A stretch of DNA of 64,000 nucleotides from Chrysomallon squamiferum. Its lineage: Eukaryota; Animalia; Mollusca. Below, piece after piece: positions 62,402 to 64,000 of the stretch; positions within the stretch are counted from its first letter, which is position 1, and each line of letters begins with the position of its first letter. The DNA lies in NCBI GenBank assembly GCA_012295275.1, contig CM022665.1, positions 5,704,001 through 5,768,000 of the forward strand. The letters run 5' to 3'. Both the position numbers and the translations under genes were made by a program. The notes under the pieces are model-generated. The model was not told the origin of the DNA. It was given only the letters and a program-made list of their open reading frames with translations, and did not search any database.

Positions 62402-63963
62402 AATAATTTTAATGTGTAAACAATTTTCATAAATCAGTTTTTAAAATTTCCCTGGCTGTCTTTTTGTTAAATATTCCTTCAGCATCTGCAGACAATAAAC
62501 CGTCACCAAACAGTTAGAATTCCAGACTGACTCCCTTTAATTCATTTTAAACAGAATAACTAACTAGTCATTGATCAAATAAGCGAAACTTTAAAATTTC
62601 AATTTTTTGGTGATATCATCAATACTTTGAAAAATGTTCCACTGGAATCTGGTAATATAAGAATTATGTGTATGACTGTTATTTTTTATTAATATTTAAC
62701 AATATTTGTGTTGTATCATCAGTCCCAGTGGCTAAATGATTATTATATCCTGATATGGCTCCTATGTAAGACCATTTAAGCATCTGTTCTCTCTGATTAA
62801 TCATCTAACACTGATTAAGACATAGAGTCAGAGCAAAACACCTGAATATTTATTGAATGTAAGCCTTTTTCAAAGCCAGAATGATTGATTCTCATACCTT
62901 TACGACACAGGCTCACAATTCATAATCCAAAATCCGAAACGATTACAAAGCCAAATTCATTCCATTATTAACGATCACTTGTATAATTACGTAACGCTCT
63001 GTCTGTTTTAATTTGTATGTGTTTTATGTTACGATGAATGACTTCCTTACAAATGAACAACTATGAAAGCTGCGAAAATACATTTTATTATTCTTCTTCT
63101 ATTCAGCGTTGTCGAGGAAGCGGTTTTCGTACACGCCGGGGACGACGTCACCAAACGGGGAGATTCCCAGTTTGAAGCCACAAACAAACGGATCGGCTAG
63201 CAAAGATTCAGAAGGAAACGTCGTGGTCATTGCACCCTCTGATAAGGATGACACGACGACGCCAACAGAAGAAACGACAACATCGCCAAATACAACTACC
63301 ACTGCCTCCGATACGGCAGACGCTACGGTTGCATCCGATACGGCAGACACTACGGTTGCATCCGATACGGCAGACACTACAGTTGCGTCCGACGCGGCCG
63401 ACACTACGGTTGCGTCCGATGCTGCAGATACGACGACATCGGTAAATGCTTCCTCGTCCATCGTTACAAATGAAGGATCGCCAAGTGAGTTTGGAATATT
63501 TCGAATAAAACTGGAGAAATTAAACTGTTTCCCCAGTGTCTGATATTACACACAGCATATTTTGCAAATACTGGTTCAAACTGTACACAATTAATTAATA
63601 ATGACCTTCTAAATTTGAAACCTACACAAAGGAAACAAATAAAAACACAAAGATCTGAAGAAGGTATTAAAAAAATATATATATAAGCAGATAAATACTT
63701 ATGCATCTTCTGTTTTATCACAGAAATATAGATATTGATGTATTATATTTTTCTTTCTTTCTTTTCGTTATAATAATAATAATAACCTTTTTTTTAAAAA
63801 TTATTATCTGCAGCCAAAAAGGAGAAGAAAAAAGTGAAGAAACTATTCACCTTCAGTTTGAAACGGTCAAGACCCGGATCAGGCAGAAAGAAATCGAAGA
63901 AAGAAAATGGCTCCACAAGTCTGACATCTGCTTCTGACACCAGCAAAGAAGAAAACAGACAAA
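60448..63963 (+). CDS. 3'-partial gene for a predicted N-myristoylated acidic protein with a polybasic/aromatic effector-like segment (MARCKS/Akap200-like architecture): join(60448-60457,63107-63484,63814-63963)
   Basis: Three phase-1 exons join in frame (179 codons): MGQALSRKRFSYTPGTTSPNGE...(ASDTADTTV)x5...EGSPTKKEKKKVKKLFTFSLKRSRPGSGRKKSKKENGS...; the gene continues beyond the window. Confidence 0.72.
60846..60898. repeat. (TG)n microsatellite
   Basis: Perfect run. Confidence 0.95.
62313..62400. repeat. (GTT)n/(TTA)n microsatellite
   Basis: Visible run. Confidence 0.95.
63107..63484 (+). CDS. Second gene, coding exon 2: basic N-terminal patch and acidic T/S/D/A-rich linker
   Basis: ttcttctattcag|cg ... 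a|gtgagt, 378 nt open, GC-rich, with synonymous variation among repeat copies. Confidence 0.85.
63304..63438 (+). repeat. Coding minisatellite, 27 bp x 5 (ASD[T/A]AD[T/A]TV)
   Basis: GCATCCGATACGGCAGACACTACGGTT-like units. Confidence 0.93.
63814..63963 (+). CDS. Second gene, coding exon 3: polybasic segment
   Basis: ctgcag|cc ... a|gtacgt, 150 nt, phase 1-1; the reading frame differs from the ORF-track entry 63701-63937. Confidence 0.8.
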
Positions 63964-64000
63964 GTACGTCCACAACGTCGTTCAGACATTTTAAATATTT

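Noticed and set aside
63099-63461. 120-aa minus-strand ORF (VVSAASDAT repeats)
   Set aside because: Antisense shadow of the plus-strand exon, which has the splice sites and joins in frame
63701-63937. ORF-track protein MHLLFY...KSDICF
   Set aside because: Starts in intron sequence and is in the wrong frame; splice phase selects the Lys-rich frame

Overview
AT-rich, microsatellite-rich animal genomic DNA with GT-AG introns. It is probably from a gastropod mollusc, judging from degenerate Nin-DC-type SINE remnants (inference). (1) 47-16199 (+): the last 16 coding exons (~905 codons, 5' end outside the window) of an R3-subtype receptor protein tyrosine phosphatase of the Ptp10D/PTPRB type. These encode four FN3 repeats, a membrane-proximal domain with an RGKR furin-type site, a TM helix, one intact PTP domain and a YxN tail. 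There is a candidate 45-nt cassette exon and probably a ~5 kb 3' UTR ending near 21.15 kb, where CpG depletion stops abruptly. (2) ~21.2-60.3 kb: no recognisable coding sequence. It contains simple repeats, SINE/MITE remnants, long inverted repeats, CpG-rich putative enhancers and several candidate non-coding first exons. (3) 60448 to the window end (+): the start of a second gene that the ORF track misses. Hand splicing gives MGQALSRKR... (N-myristoylation consensus), an acidic Thr/Asp/Ala-rich linker with 9-aa repeats, and a K/R/F/S-rich segment KKEKKKVKKLFTFSLKRSRPGSGRKKSKK. This MARCKS/Akap200-like architecture is the most interesting signal. All gene models are manual readings without transcript or database support.
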